Shown: positions 7,364 to 17,817, counted from the first letter of the stretch. The stretch is 32,000 nt of DNA from an uncultured Erysipelotrichaceae bacterium (GCA_964401865.1 CAYNZZ010000008.1:1-32000), one strand, 5' to 3'. Notes: generated from the letters alone by a model not told the origin. Translations and numbers: made by a program.

Positions 7364-8332
7364 TTATTGCGATAAATCTTTTCCTTTTGTCTTAATGTTT
7401 TCAGGTACAGTAATGCCAATTTGTGAAGCTGTCTTACTGTTATAGTAGATATCAACATTATCACTATCCATGAAATATATTGGTAAATCTTCAATATTCA
7501 CTTCTTTGCTTAGAATTTGAATAGCCTGAAGACCGGTTTGATAACCCAAGTTATAGTAATTTACACCGATTGATGCCAAAGCACCATCTCTTACACCAGC
7601 GTCCCATCCAGTAAAGACTGGTATATTATTTTCTTTAGCTACAATATCAACGCTCGCCATTGATGAAGCTAAAGGATTGTCAGTTGGAATGTATAATGCA
7701 TCGATTTCATTTTGGAAACTCAGCATTGCATCATTGACCATCGTCAAATCAGATATTGTCTTTTCCACAACACTCCAACCTCTTTTTTCACATTCTTTTT
7801 TCATCGCTTCAGCTTGAATAATTGAATTTTCTTCACTAGATGTATATAACAAACCAACAGTTTTTACATCAGGAACAAATTCAGCGATTAAATCCATCTG
7901 TAAAGACATCTCAACGAAATCACTTGCGCCTGAAATATTACCACCAGGTTTTTCATTAGATTTGATAAGCCCAACATCGACATAGTCGGTTATTGCGGAA
8001 CCTAGAATAGCTATCTCACTGGTTTCTTGCCCAAGTGCTTGAGCAGAATTAGTACCTATTGCCAAAATCAAATCACAATCCTGATTAACCAAATATTGCG
8101 CCATGGTCGGCAATACCGAATTATCATTATTTGGATTTTGATATTCGTAAATGACATCGGTATATCCGTTATCGTTTAAGGCATCTTTAAATCCTTTATA
8201 AACATCAGATAAAGCTTCATGTTCCATAAGTTGCAAGACGCCAATCTTTACCTTTTCATCTTTGCTTACACTATTAGACGAACACGCTGTCATAAGCAAT
8301 AATACAATTAGAATCCAAATGCTCTTTTTCAT
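7364..8332 (-). CDS. ABC transporter substrate-binding lipoprotein (ABC_sub_bind family), paralog B
   Basis: Start moved to ATG 8332 (MKKSIWILIVLLLMTACSS, lipobox) with AGGAGG 7 nt upstream. The longer track ORF reads through the RBS. It is clearly homologous to paralog A along its full length. Confidence 0.85.
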   Translation of the reverse strand: MKKSIWILIVLLLMTACSSNSVSKDEKVKIGVLQLMEHEALSDVYKGFKDALNDNGYTDVIYEYQNPNNDNSVLPTMAQYLVNQDCDLILAIGTNSAQALGQETSEIAILGSAITDYVDVGLIKSNEKPGGNISGASDFVEMSLQMDLIAEFVPDVKTVGLLYTSSEENSIIQAEAMKKECEKRGWSVVEKTISDLTMVNDAMLSFQNEIDALYIPTDNPLASSMASVDIVAKENNIPVFTGWDAGVRDGALASIGVNYYNLGYQTGLQAIQILSKEVNIEDLPIYFMDSDNVDIYYNSKTASQIGITVPENIKTKGKDLSQ

Positions 8333-8348
8333 AAATCCTCCTAATAAA

Positions 8349-8600
8349 TAAAAAGTCACCCCTACAAAGGGCGACTATAATCGCGGTACCACCTTTATTC
8401 TCTAACACCAGTCAGACTTTAGCATCGACCATCATCGACGCAACACTTTAACGTATGTCAAACGTGGTATCCTACTTTGAATTCAAATACCCAACTCCGT
8501 GAGGAATTCGATAAAAGTCACGCGGCTATTTCCACCAACCATAGCCTCTCTATTACGATCGTTTTTATTTACTACTTCACTTCAACGATTTTTGGTTATA
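8349..8600 (-). promoter_or_regulatory. T-box riboswitch leader, specifier read as UUC (Phe)
   Basis: The minus strand shows AGUAGUA, AG bulge AGAGA and GGCUAU/AUAGCC closing distal loop GGUUGGUGGAA. The specifier-loop string is GAA-UUC-C (UUC at 8506-8504). The T-box motif AAGGUGGUACCGCG is at 8395-8382. The terminator is AGUCGCCCU-UUGUA-GGGGUGACU plus a U-run. It is collinear with the 7060-7321 leader, including a shared GUUAAAGUGUUG element. Confidence 0.8.
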
Positions 8601-8605
8601 GCTAA

Positions 8606-8634
8606 ACTTTATAATTCCTTGAAACAAAAGTCAA
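8606..8634 (-). promoter_or_regulatory. Candidate promoter for the first T-box unit
   Basis: TTGACT (8634-8629), 17 nt, then TAAAGT (8611-8606). Alternatively TATAAA with a 15-nt spacer. Confidence 0.45.
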
Positions 8635-8682
8635 TATTTATTTCAAATTATTTTCATAAAATGTAAAAAATATCAATACAAA

Positions 8683-8705
8683 AGAAAAAAGCCTTATAGG
8701 CTCTT
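8683..8705 (-). terminator. Probable groESL terminator
   Basis: On the minus strand a short stem GAGCCT-ATA-AGGCTT is followed by T6. It sits about 100 nt past the groEL stop. Confidence 0.45.
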
Positions 8706-8803
8706 CTCTTTAGGAAAATTAAATGAAAAAATTATTACATCTTCATTAAACCAAACATATGTGTTGACTTTGTGAAAACAAATATTTTTTTCATCTTTTT
8801 TCA

Positions 8804-10423
<1,620 letters not shown>

Positions 10424-10432
10424 TTATACCTC

Positions 10433-10717
10433 CTATTCAACGATAGCCAAAATATCTTCAGCACTAATCAAGATATATTCTTCATCATTATCTTTGATAT
10501 TTGTTCCTGAATACTTTTTATACATTACTTTATCACCGGCTTTTAATGGCATTTCATATATCTTGTCATTAATCTTAACTTCTTTTAGTTCACTTACAGC
10601 CACGACAATGGCGTATTCTTCATCTTTTTCTTTCTGACTTAATATAATGCCACTCTTAGTTTCATTAGTAGCTTTTTCTTTTTTTAATAACACATTGTTG
10701 TATAAAGGTTTAATCAT
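10433..10717 (-). CDS. groES: Co-chaperonin GroES (Cpn10)
   Basis: MIKPLYNNVLLKK... Start set to the second ATG (10717) because AGGAGG lies 7 nt upstream of it. It is immediately upstream of groEL. Confidence 0.93.
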   Translation of the reverse strand: MIKPLYNNVLLKKEKATNETKSGIILSQKEKDEEYAIVVAVSELKEVKINDKIYEMPLKAGDKVMYKKYSGTNIKDNDEEYILISAEDILAIVE

Positions 10718-10759
10718 AAACATTCCTCCTTTAACCTCTAACTGTCATTATACTCTTAA

Positions 10760-10786
10760 ATAGCACTCTGTCAATTAGAGTGCTAG
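10760..10786 (-). promoter_or_regulatory. CIRCE operator (HrcA binding site)
   Basis: ATAGCACTC-N9-GAGTGCTAG, against the consensus TTAGCACTC-N9-GAGTGCTAA. It lies in the groES 5' region. Confidence 0.85.
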
Positions 10787-10856
10787 ATTTTTTATATAAC
10801 ATTTTAACTCATTATATGGTAAAATATTTAGGATTGTTTTAAGGGGGAATAATTAG

Positions 10857-11219
10857 ATGCTAGAAACATTAGAATCAATCTTACATTTCATCATCGAATA
10901 CGCTATTGTAATTTTCGAATACTTTGGTGTTTTTGTACTTCTTTATACCGGTATTAAATCTGTTATTTCTTTTATGACAGGTAAACCAGTTCATTTGCAA
11001 CTTTCTAAAGGTTTGGCTGTGGCTCTAGAATTCTTGTTGGTTGGCGAAATTCTAAATACTGTAATTCTTCAATCAATGGATGACATCATTTTCATCGCTT
11101 GTTTAGTTGGCGTTAGAATGTTCCTTGCAATTATCATCAATCATGAAATTGAATCTAAGCAAGAACAAAAAATGCACAAGATGAAATTTGAAAAAGAAAT
11201 GCAAGAAAGTTCAAAATAA
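10857..11219 (+). CDS. DUF1622-like small membrane protein
   Basis: Two or three transmembrane helices with an LSKGLAVALEFLLVGEILNTV segment typical of DUF1622. RBS AAGGGGG. Confidence 0.65.
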   Translation: MLETLESILHFIIEYAIVIFEYFGVFVLLYTGIKSVISFMTGKPVHLQLSKGLAVALEFLLVGEILNTVILQSMDDIIFIACLVGVRMFLAIIINHEIESKQEQKMHKMKFEKEMQESSK

Positions 11220-11241
11220 AACAACAAAAACCATATAAATT

Positions 11242-11274
11242 TAGCGCAGAATTATCTGTGCTATTATTTTTTTA
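11242..11274 (+). terminator. Rho-independent terminator
   Basis: A 9-bp stem TAGCGCAGA / TCTGTGCTA with loop ATTA, followed by a T-rich run. Confidence 0.6.
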
Positions 11275-11340
11275 TAATCTCTTTATGTTAAAATAATCTA
11301 TATCAAATCATTTACTCACAATATAGAAATCGAGGAGACT

Positions 11341-11961
11341 ATGAAGACAAAATCAAAGAAAATTCCAAGAATTGGTTTAAGAACAATCAAAACGGCATTG
11401 GCTTGTTTGTTGTTGGGCATTATATATATTTATGTGCTTCATCGCAATCCGTGTTTTGCCTTAATTGGTGCGGCATATGCCTGTGGAAGCCAGTTTAATG
11501 AAGGATTTAGGCACGGATTTAACCGCAGTATCGGCACCTTTACCGGTGGAGTAGTAATTATTGTATTCTATTACTTGTATCATCATAATCCGCTTAATAT
11601 CCTGCCAGAGATTTATATGGCTATTGGATTAATTATTGTGATTTACAGTAATACTCTTTTGGGCTCAAGTGGTGCTATTCAGCCAGCTATCGTTATTTTC
11701 TTTGTAGTATTATTCACTCAGCCAGAAGCCACCTATTTAGCCTATACTATCGATCGTATTATTGATACGATAGTCGGTGCAATGTTTGGCTGCGCTTTAA
11801 ATTATCTATTGCCTTCTAATATTGACCGTCATAAGAAATCTAATCTTAAAACCGCATATGATGCTTGGGTAGTTGCTTCAAAACGTTCAAAAGAAGAAAC
11901 TTTAGATTTCTATGATTCAGATATGGTCCCACGTAATGAAAATGACACTATTTTAAAATAA
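11341..11961 (+). CDS. Membrane protein, FUSC/aromatic-acid-exporter-like (UPF0421-type)
   Basis: The N-terminus IGLRTIKTALACLL and the following hydrophobic helices resemble the ArAE/FUSC N-terminal module. RBS GAGGAG. Confidence 0.5.
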   Translation: MKTKSKKIPRIGLRTIKTALACLLLGIIYIYVLHRNPCFALIGAAYACGSQFNEGFRHGFNRSIGTFTGGVVIIVFYYLYHHNPLNILPEIYMAIGLIIVIYSNTLLGSSGAIQPAIVIFFVVLFTQPEATYLAYTIDRIIDTIVGAMFGCALNYLLPSNIDRHKKSNLKTAYDAWVVASKRSKEETLDFYDSDMVPRNENDTILK

Positions 11962-11963
11962 CT

Positions 11964-12551
11964 ATGAACAAAAATGCTGATTTAACTAAATTTTCACTTC
12001 TACTTGCCATTGAGGCAATATTCTGTTTCACTCCTCTAGGTTCTTTACCCGCTTTAGGACCTATTGTAATGACATTAGCGATGATACCAGTTATTGTTAC
12101 TGCTATCGTGATGAATACTAAGTATGCAACACTAATGGGCTTCTTTGCCGGTCTTTTCAGTTTTATCTATTGGACTTTTGTTGCCCCTTCGCCAATGTCA
12201 GTTATCTTCACTCCCTTTTATAGTGTAGGCAATGCATCAGGGAACTTTAATAGTTTAATCATCTGCTTTGTGCCAAGAATATTGACCGGTACTTTCGCCG
12301 GCTTAAGCATTAGTCTTTTTAAGAAGTATAACTTGACAACTCGCTACGGTTTAGCCGGACTAATAGGAAGTTTAACAAATACTTTTGGGGTTCTTATTGG
12401 TATCGCTTTATTCTTTGGCGATTTATATGCTTCGATGGTTGGTCAATCCTTAGCAATTATAATAGCTACAACCATTATTACCAACGGCATACCCGAAGCA
12501 GTGCTATCTACTATCGTATCAATCGTAATCGCTAAAGCCTTTAAAAAATAA
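11964..12551 (+). CDS. ECF transporter S component (PanT-like)
   Basis: A six-helix small membrane protein. The FTPLGSLPALGPIVMTLAMIPVIVTAIVMNTKYATLMGFFAGLFSF pattern matches ECF substrate-capture subunits. It starts 2 nt after the upstream stop. Confidence 0.55.
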   Translation: MNKNADLTKFSLLLAIEAIFCFTPLGSLPALGPIVMTLAMIPVIVTAIVMNTKYATLMGFFAGLFSFIYWTFVAPSPMSVIFTPFYSVGNASGNFNSLIICFVPRILTGTFAGLSISLFKKYNLTTRYGLAGLIGSLTNTFGVLIGIALFFGDLYASMVGQSLAIIIATTIITNGIPEAVLSTIVSIVIAKAFKK

Positions 12552-12568
12552 ATACAATTTGTGCAATT

Positions 12569-12616
12569 AAAAAGCTTATGAGTTAAGCAATCCGGTCATT
12601 TACTCATAAGCTTTTC
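12569..12616. terminator. Bidirectional rho-independent terminator
   Basis: A 14-bp perfect stem AAAAGCTTATGAGT (12570-12583) / ACTCATAAGCTTTT (12602-12615). Confidence 0.7.
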
Positions 12617-12623
12617 TTATTAC

Positions 12624-13055
12624 TTATTTTGAACTATTTTGTTGAAGTTTTTCCTTCTCTTTTTCATAATAGAAATTAATTACTGACCTTCTTGTAACAA
12701 TGCCCATAAAAATACCTCTGTCATCAACAACTGGCACAAAATTTTGGCTCTGCACCATCCTTAAGACATCGTCCATCTTGGCATCCACTTTAACTGCCGG
12801 CATAAAATTAGGTTTTAAAAGTTCAACGGCCTTAATATCTTCTAAATCTTTAATGTTCATCAAAGAATCATTTATTATTTTCCATAAGAAATCACCCTCT
12901 GATATCGTACCTAAATAACGACCGTCTTCTTTAGATATCATCGGCGTGGCAGTGTAACCATGGGCTTTAAATTTCTCTATTGCCTGTCTAATACTCAATG
13001 AATCATCCAAACATGCAACACTAGCCTTAGGTGTCAATAAAAATAAAACATTCAA
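12624..13055 (-). CDS. CBS-domain pair protein (143 aa)
   Basis: Two CBS repeats are visible (…HGYTATPMISKEDGRYLGTISEGDFL… and …NFVPVVDDRGIFMGIVTRRSVI…). Start assigned to TTG 13055, preceded by GAGGTG with a 6-nt spacer. The upstream part of the track ORF is hydrophobic junk with no nearer ATG. Confidence 0.7.
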   Translation of the reverse strand: MNVLFLLTPKASVACLDDSLSIRQAIEKFKAHGYTATPMISKEDGRYLGTISEGDFLWKIINDSLMNIKDLEDIKAVELLKPNFMPAVKVDAKMDDVLRMVQSQNFVPVVDDRGIFMGIVTRRSVINFYYEKEKEKLQQNSSK

Positions 13056-13167
13056 AACACTCACCTCAAATTGATTGTAACATCTAAGTATCATAAATAA
13101 AATAATAAAAATAAGATATTGAATATATATGCAATAACTGATAACATTAAACAAAGGAGGTATGGCA

Positions 13168-13542
13168 ATGTTCCAATGGATGGAAGGAAACAATTACACA
13201 ATGTTAGTAACTGTCTACCCAACAAACATTACATTAAACACTGCTGCTGCCAATTATTTTAAAGATTATCGTTGGTGCATGATTGGTTTTGATAGTAAGT
13301 CCAAGCAAATGGCGATAAAAGGAGTAAGCAAGGAAAAAATAGATAAAGGGCTAGTTCCTTTAGAAAAACTTCACAAGATTTCCAGTGGCAAAGGATATGC
13401 TAGAATATCAAATAAAAGTGTTATCTTGCAAATTGCTAAAATCGTCAATGATGACTCAGTAAATAATAAGTATAGCGCTTATTATGATGATGCAGAGCAG
13501 ATGTTGATTGTAAATTTGAGCAAGTCAATCAGGGGGGAATAA
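13168..13542 (+). CDS. Hypothetical protein (124 aa)
   Basis: AGGAGG lies 7 nt before ATG 13168. The composition is balanced. The stop overlaps the RBS/start of the NfeD gene. I recognise no family. Confidence 0.55.
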   Translation: MFQWMEGNNYTMLVTVYPTNITLNTAAANYFKDYRWCMIGFDSKSKQMAIKGVSKEKIDKGLVPLEKLHKISSGKGYARISNKSVILQIAKIVNDDSVNNKYSAYYDDAEQMLIVNLSKSIRGE

Positions 13543-13543
13543 T

Positions 13544-13993
13544 ATGGATTATTTTTATATTTGGTTAATTCTATTAATTGTCGTAATTGTGGCTGAAATA
13601 GCTACAACCGAAGCTTTAGTTTCTATTTGGTTTGCCATTGGCAGTCTAGTTGCACTGATACTAGAACTGTTAAATTTCGATGTCGCAATCCAAATCGCTA
13701 CTTTTTTCTTGGTATCATTATTATCGGTGATATTCATCAGGCCAATAGCGGCTAAATATTTAAGAGGAAACATCGTAGCCACCAACGCTGATCGTCTAAT
13801 CCACCAAAGAACTCGTTTAATTAAATCAATAACCGAAGACAATTATGGCGAAGTAAAATTAAATGGTGTTACATGGAATTGCATCAGCGATGAAGCTAAA
13901 CCTATTTTGAAAGGCAGTAAAGTCGAAATACTGGCCTTCGACGGATCAAAACTCGTTATCAGAACTGTTAAGGAAGGAGATAGTTTATGTTAG
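13544..13993 (+). CDS. NfeD-family membrane protein
   Basis: N-terminal transmembrane helices plus a C-terminal OB-like segment YGEVKLNGVTWNCISDEAKPILKGSKVEILAFDGSKLVI. It overlaps the SPFH gene start. Confidence 0.8.
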   Translation: MDYFYIWLILLIVVIVAEIATTEALVSIWFAIGSLVALILELLNFDVAIQIATFFLVSLLSVIFIRPIAAKYLRGNIVATNADRLIHQRTRLIKSITEDNYGEVKLNGVTWNCISDEAKPILKGSKVEILAFDGSKLVIRTVKEGDSLC

Positions 13994-14895
13994 AAAACAT
14001 CTTTGCAATATTTGCGTTTATTATCGTACTTGTTATTATATTTGCGATTATTATCTATTTAGTTCGTATTGTTCCACAGGCTAAAGCCTATGTTATCGAA
14101 AGACTTGGAGCTTACAATAAAACATGGACAACAGGTCCTCATATCCTAGTTCCATTTATTGATCGTGTAGCTAATAAAGTTTCTTTGAAAGAAATTGTTA
14201 TGGATTTTGAACCTCAACCAGTTATTACCGAAGATAATGTAACTATGCAAATTGACACAGTCGTATATTTTCAAATAACCGATCCTAAGCTATACACATA
14301 TGGCGTTGAAATGCCAATCAGTGCTCTTGAAAATTTAACGGCAACCACTTTAAGGAATATCATCGGTGATCTCGAACTCGATGAAACTTTGACTTCAAGA
14401 GATATTATCAACTCAAAAATGCGTTCAATTCTTGATGAGGCAACTGATCCTTGGGGTATTAAAGTAAATCGTGTTGAAGTTAAAAACATTATTCCACCTC
14501 GTGATATCCAAGACACTATGGAAAAACAAATGCGTGCCGAAAGAGAGAGAAGAGAAAAAATATTGCAGGCCGAAGGTGAAAAACGTGCTGCTGTTCTTCA
14601 AGCCGAAGGTGAAAAAGAAGCAATGATTCTAAGAGCCAACGCCCAAAAAGAAGCAACGATTGCCGAAGCCGAAGGTAGAGCTAGAGCCATGGAAAGAGTA
14701 TATGACGCTCAAGCTTATGGTATTAAAAAGATTTCTGAATCAAGTCCTAGTAAAGAGTATTTGACCATTCAAGGATTTGAGGCCTTACAAAAGGTTGCCG
14801 ATGGTCAATCGACTAAGTTGATTATTCCTAGTAATATTCAGGATATAGCCGGAACTTTGGCATCATTAAGTGAAGTTGTTAAGGACAATAAGTAG
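13987..14895 (+). CDS. SPFH/band-7 (stomatin/prohibitin-like) protein
   Basis: N-terminal anchor, SPFH core (VPQAKAYVIERLGAY..., VYFQITDP, LRNIIGDLELDETLTSRD) and a coiled AEGEK repeat tail. Confidence 0.9.
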   Translation: MLENIFAIFAFIIVLVIIFAIIIYLVRIVPQAKAYVIERLGAYNKTWTTGPHILVPFIDRVANKVSLKEIVMDFEPQPVITEDNVTMQIDTVVYFQITDPKLYTYGVEMPISALENLTATTLRNIIGDLELDETLTSRDIINSKMRSILDEATDPWGIKVNRVEVKNIIPPRDIQDTMEKQMRAERERREKILQAEGEKRAAVLQAEGEKEAMILRANAQKEATIAEAEGRARAMERVYDAQAYGIKKISESSPSKEYLTIQGFEALQKVADGQSTKLIIPSNIQDIAGTLASLSEVVKDNK

Positions 14896-16524
14896 ATGAA
14901 AAGTTACATTAAGTATATTATCCTTGTATTTACCGCTATTCTGCTATATTACTTCTTGCTTCCGGCTATTAATATTCATGATATTAAACTTTGGTTATGT
15001 ATCATTTTGCTGGCAATAGAATTTTGTATCCTTGATGTTTCAACTGAACAAAAAATTATTAAAGTTAAAAATAAGAGTTTCGCTGTTCCTAGCATTGTAA
15101 AAAGTAAGACCAGCATAAAAGTAATGATTCTTGTATTGGCCGTTAGCTTCATTTATATCTTTGCAACCGCCATTATTTATTCGCCAATCTTTATGTCTGG
15201 CTCTTATGCCAATCGTATCAATATTGAAGAAGTATCTTTTGATGAAATACCTACTTATTCATTTAACACTACGGCAATCATTGATAGAGATAGTGCTTCA
15301 AAACTAGGTAATAAAGTAATGGGTGAAATGTTGGATTTAATATCACAATTCACCGCATCCGATGAATATTCTCAAATTTCATATCAGGAAGGCACATATC
15401 GTGTCACACCTTTAAAATATGACGGCTTTATTAAATATCTCAAAAACAGAAGCGAAGGCGTGCCTGGATATATCATTGTAAACACTACTACTGGTGAAAC
15501 CAGTCTAAAACGCCTTGACAAAAAACTCAGGTATGTTCCAAGCGCCTACTTCAACGAAGATTTGATGCGCAAGCTACGTTTCTCGTATCCTTTTGAAATA
15601 TTCGGCTCGCCAACATTTGAAATCGATGAAGAAGGAAATCCATACTATATCTGTACAACTTATACATATAAAGGCGTTAGTTCCTTAAAAAGAGTAACTG
15701 GAGCTGTACTATTTAATCCGGTTGATGGTTCTTCAACAAAATATGATATTGAGAATATCCCAACCTGGGTAGATAGAATTTTCCCAGAAGATTTAGTTAA
15801 TGAGGAATTAAATGATTTCGGAAGCTATTCCAATGGTTTCTTTAATTCCTTCATCGGACAAGAAGGCGTTATGCAAACAAGTGAAGGCTATAATTACATT
15901 TCTAAGAATGGCGATATTTGGTTGTATACTGGCATCACAAGTGTTCTTTCTGATGATTCAAATATAGGTTTTGCACTTGTCAATCTAAGAACTCATCAAG
16001 CGCAATTAATCAATACATCTGGAGCTGATGAATATTCAGTCATGGCTAGCGCCGAAGGTGAAGTATTAAATTATGGATATACCGCAACCTTCCCAGTCTT
16101 GGTAAATATCGACAACAAGCCGATATATCTTTTATCTTTGAAAGATAGTGCTGGACTTGTAAAAATGTATGCAATGGTTGATGCTCAAGACTATCAGCAA
16201 GTCTATACAATATCTGCCGACAAAGATACCAAGACGGCTATTGAGGATTTAATCAAAAAGATCAGTAAAGATCCGACTGCTATTTATCAAAATCTGTCAG
16301 AAGCCATTGTTACTGTAGATAGATGCGAAAACATTAGTCAAAACGGCAATACAACTATATTCATACTCGATAGTAATGATATGATTTATGAAATACCATA
16401 CGATTCAAGTTATAAGAAATATATCTTATTCTTGAATAGTGGCGATACTTTAGAATTGTTATACGAAGAAAGCAATGGTATAAGAATAGTAAAACAGATC
16501 ATTTCTAAAAATGGCATAAAATAA
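14896..16524 (+). CDS. Membrane-anchored protein of unknown function (542 aa)
   Basis: Three N-terminal transmembrane helices are followed by a roughly 430-aa soluble domain. ATG 14896 directly abuts the SPFH stop TAG (14893-14895), which suggests translational coupling. Confidence 0.7.
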   Translation: MKSYIKYIILVFTAILLYYFLLPAINIHDIKLWLCIILLAIEFCILDVSTEQKIIKVKNKSFAVPSIVKSKTSIKVMILVLAVSFIYIFATAIIYSPIFMSGSYANRINIEEVSFDEIPTYSFNTTAIIDRDSASKLGNKVMGEMLDLISQFTASDEYSQISYQEGTYRVTPLKYDGFIKYLKNRSEGVPGYIIVNTTTGETSLKRLDKKLRYVPSAYFNEDLMRKLRFSYPFEIFGSPTFEIDEEGNPYYICTTYTYKGVSSLKRVTGAVLFNPVDGSSTKYDIENIPTWVDRIFPEDLVNEELNDFGSYSNGFFNSFIGQEGVMQTSEGYNYISKNGDIWLYTGITSVLSDDSNIGFALVNLRTHQAQLINTSGADEYSVMASAEGEVLNYGYTATFPVLVNIDNKPIYLLSLKDSAGLVKMYAMVDAQDYQQVYTISADKDTKTAIEDLIKKISKDPTAIYQNLSEAIVTVDRCENISQNGNTTIFILDSNDMIYEIPYDSSYKKYILFLNSGDTLELLYEESNGIRIVKQIISKNGIK

Positions 16525-16530
16525 AAAATA

Positions 16531-16565
16531 AGTGGAATCTGAGTTATGTTAGATTCCACTTTTAT
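16531..16565. terminator. Bidirectional rho-independent terminator
   Basis: A 10-bp perfect stem AGTGGAATCT / AGATTCCACT with flanking A-run and T-run, between convergent genes. Confidence 0.7.
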
Positions 16566-16613
16566 TTAACAAGTTTGCTTAAACACTTTCTGTCTGTATA
16601 CTCTTAACGAGTC

Positions 16614-17183
16614 TTAATTTATATATCTCTTAAATGTTTTTCTAAGTGTTAAATATAGGATTGATGCAACAAAGACACATATTACCGCATTTAATAATGT
16701 AATGCCGCTAGTCCATGCATAGATGAAGTTTGCGCTGACTTCACCGATTTGTAAGACATAACGTTTAAATATATATCCAATTAACGGATCAAATATGACA
16801 TTGAATCCCAGCCCAGCAATACTTGACACAAAAGCTGCGATTGTCACCATCTTTTTATCTTCCAGTTTAGATATATTGAATAGTTTATGACCAACTAATC
16901 CAGATATTAAGCCAATCATGAACTTGCAAAAGAAAGTCTTGGGTGCTGAAACAATATATACAGGATCTAAAATATCAGCCAAAGACAAGCCTATAGCCCC
17001 TGCTAAACCACCTTCTAATGGTCCTAATAATAATGCGCATACCACTACTATTGCATTAGCGATATGAATTGAAACTTTTGAGCCGGCTGCTAAGGGAATA
17101 TCAATTCTTACATATGTAAAAACAGCGAAGCTAACGGCTGTAAATAATGCGATTAATGCTGTTTTCTTAATTGCTTTATTCAT
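16614..17183 (-). CDS. ECF transporter S component (substrate unknown)
   Basis: A 189-aa, six-helix protein. The HIANAIVVVCALLLGPLEGGLAGAIGLSLADIL motif is typical of ECF S subunits. No riboswitch-sized leader is present (54-nt gap to the upstream gene). Confidence 0.6.
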   Translation of the reverse strand: MNKAIKKTALIALFTAVSFAVFTYVRIDIPLAAGSKVSIHIANAIVVVCALLLGPLEGGLAGAIGLSLADILDPVYIVSAPKTFFCKFMIGLISGLVGHKLFNISKLEDKKMVTIAAFVSSIAGLGFNVIFDPLIGYIFKRYVLQIGEVSANFIYAWTSGITLLNAVICVFVASILYLTLRKTFKRYIN

Positions 17184-17237
17184 AATCCTATCTCAGAACT
17201 CTATTTATTATATCCTTTTTTGATGTTTTGAATGAAT

Positions 17238-17816
17238 TTAATTTAATCTCGCTTTCAATATTTCTTTAAAATATGAAACTATTTCTTCATCTTTACCTTT
17301 TACAAGTCTTGCAAACACCTTTTCATTAGGATTTATTGCTTTTTGATTATCGCTTAGATATATAGTGTTTAAACCAGAATCGACTATCCACTTATAGCCT
17401 TTATCTGATAAACCATTTTTAAGCATAGTTTCACCAAGATAAGCACCAAATAAATTAGCAATATCTCTTATTTCTTCCTCTTTTAAATTACTGCCTCGAA
17501 TGTCATTAGCATAAAAATCTAAAATATCTTCCAAATCATTGATGCTGGAAATCGAATAATCAAGTCTTTTTCTAAAACTGCGTGCATAGAAGACAGCTGT
17601 ATCACTGTCTTCTTTAGCTTTTTCTAAAGCCTCATCATACTTGCCGTTTTTCAAAGCACAAAACTTATAAGCATTTATTGAAAAAGCAACAGCTATCAAT
17701 AGAACAATAAAAGCTAAGCTGCTTTGATAAATAAAACAGATAATCGTTAGAATATACAAGACAAAAGAAATGATGGCATATCTTTTAAACATCATTTCAT
17801 TTTTTATTCTATTCAT
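17238..17816 (-). CDS. Hypothetical membrane-anchored protein (DUF3806-like C-terminal region, tentative)
   Basis: Two N-terminal transmembrane helices then a soluble domain (…FGAYLGETMLKNGLSDKGYKWIVD…INPNEKVFARLVKG…). Its start lies 1 nt after the upstream gene's stop. Confidence 0.5.
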   Translation of the reverse strand: MNRIKNEMMFKRYAIISFVLYILTIICFIYQSSLAFIVLLIAVAFSINAYKFCALKNGKYDEALEKAKEDSDTAVFYARSFRKRLDYSISSINDLEDILDFYANDIRGSNLKEEEIRDIANLFGAYLGETMLKNGLSDKGYKWIVDSGLNTIYLSDNQKAINPNEKVFARLVKGKDEEIVSYFKEILKARLN

Positions 17817-17817
17817 A

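Noticed and set aside
12624-13193. Long N-terminal extensions in the track for the CBS protein (to 13193), paralog B (to 8359), BI-1 (to 19697), DUF349 (from 28536), groES (to 10723) and the 17818 gene (to 18837)
   Set aside because: The extensions read through obvious RBS sequences or are hydrophobic or odd peptides. Internal starts with a properly spaced GGAGG-type RBS were preferred.
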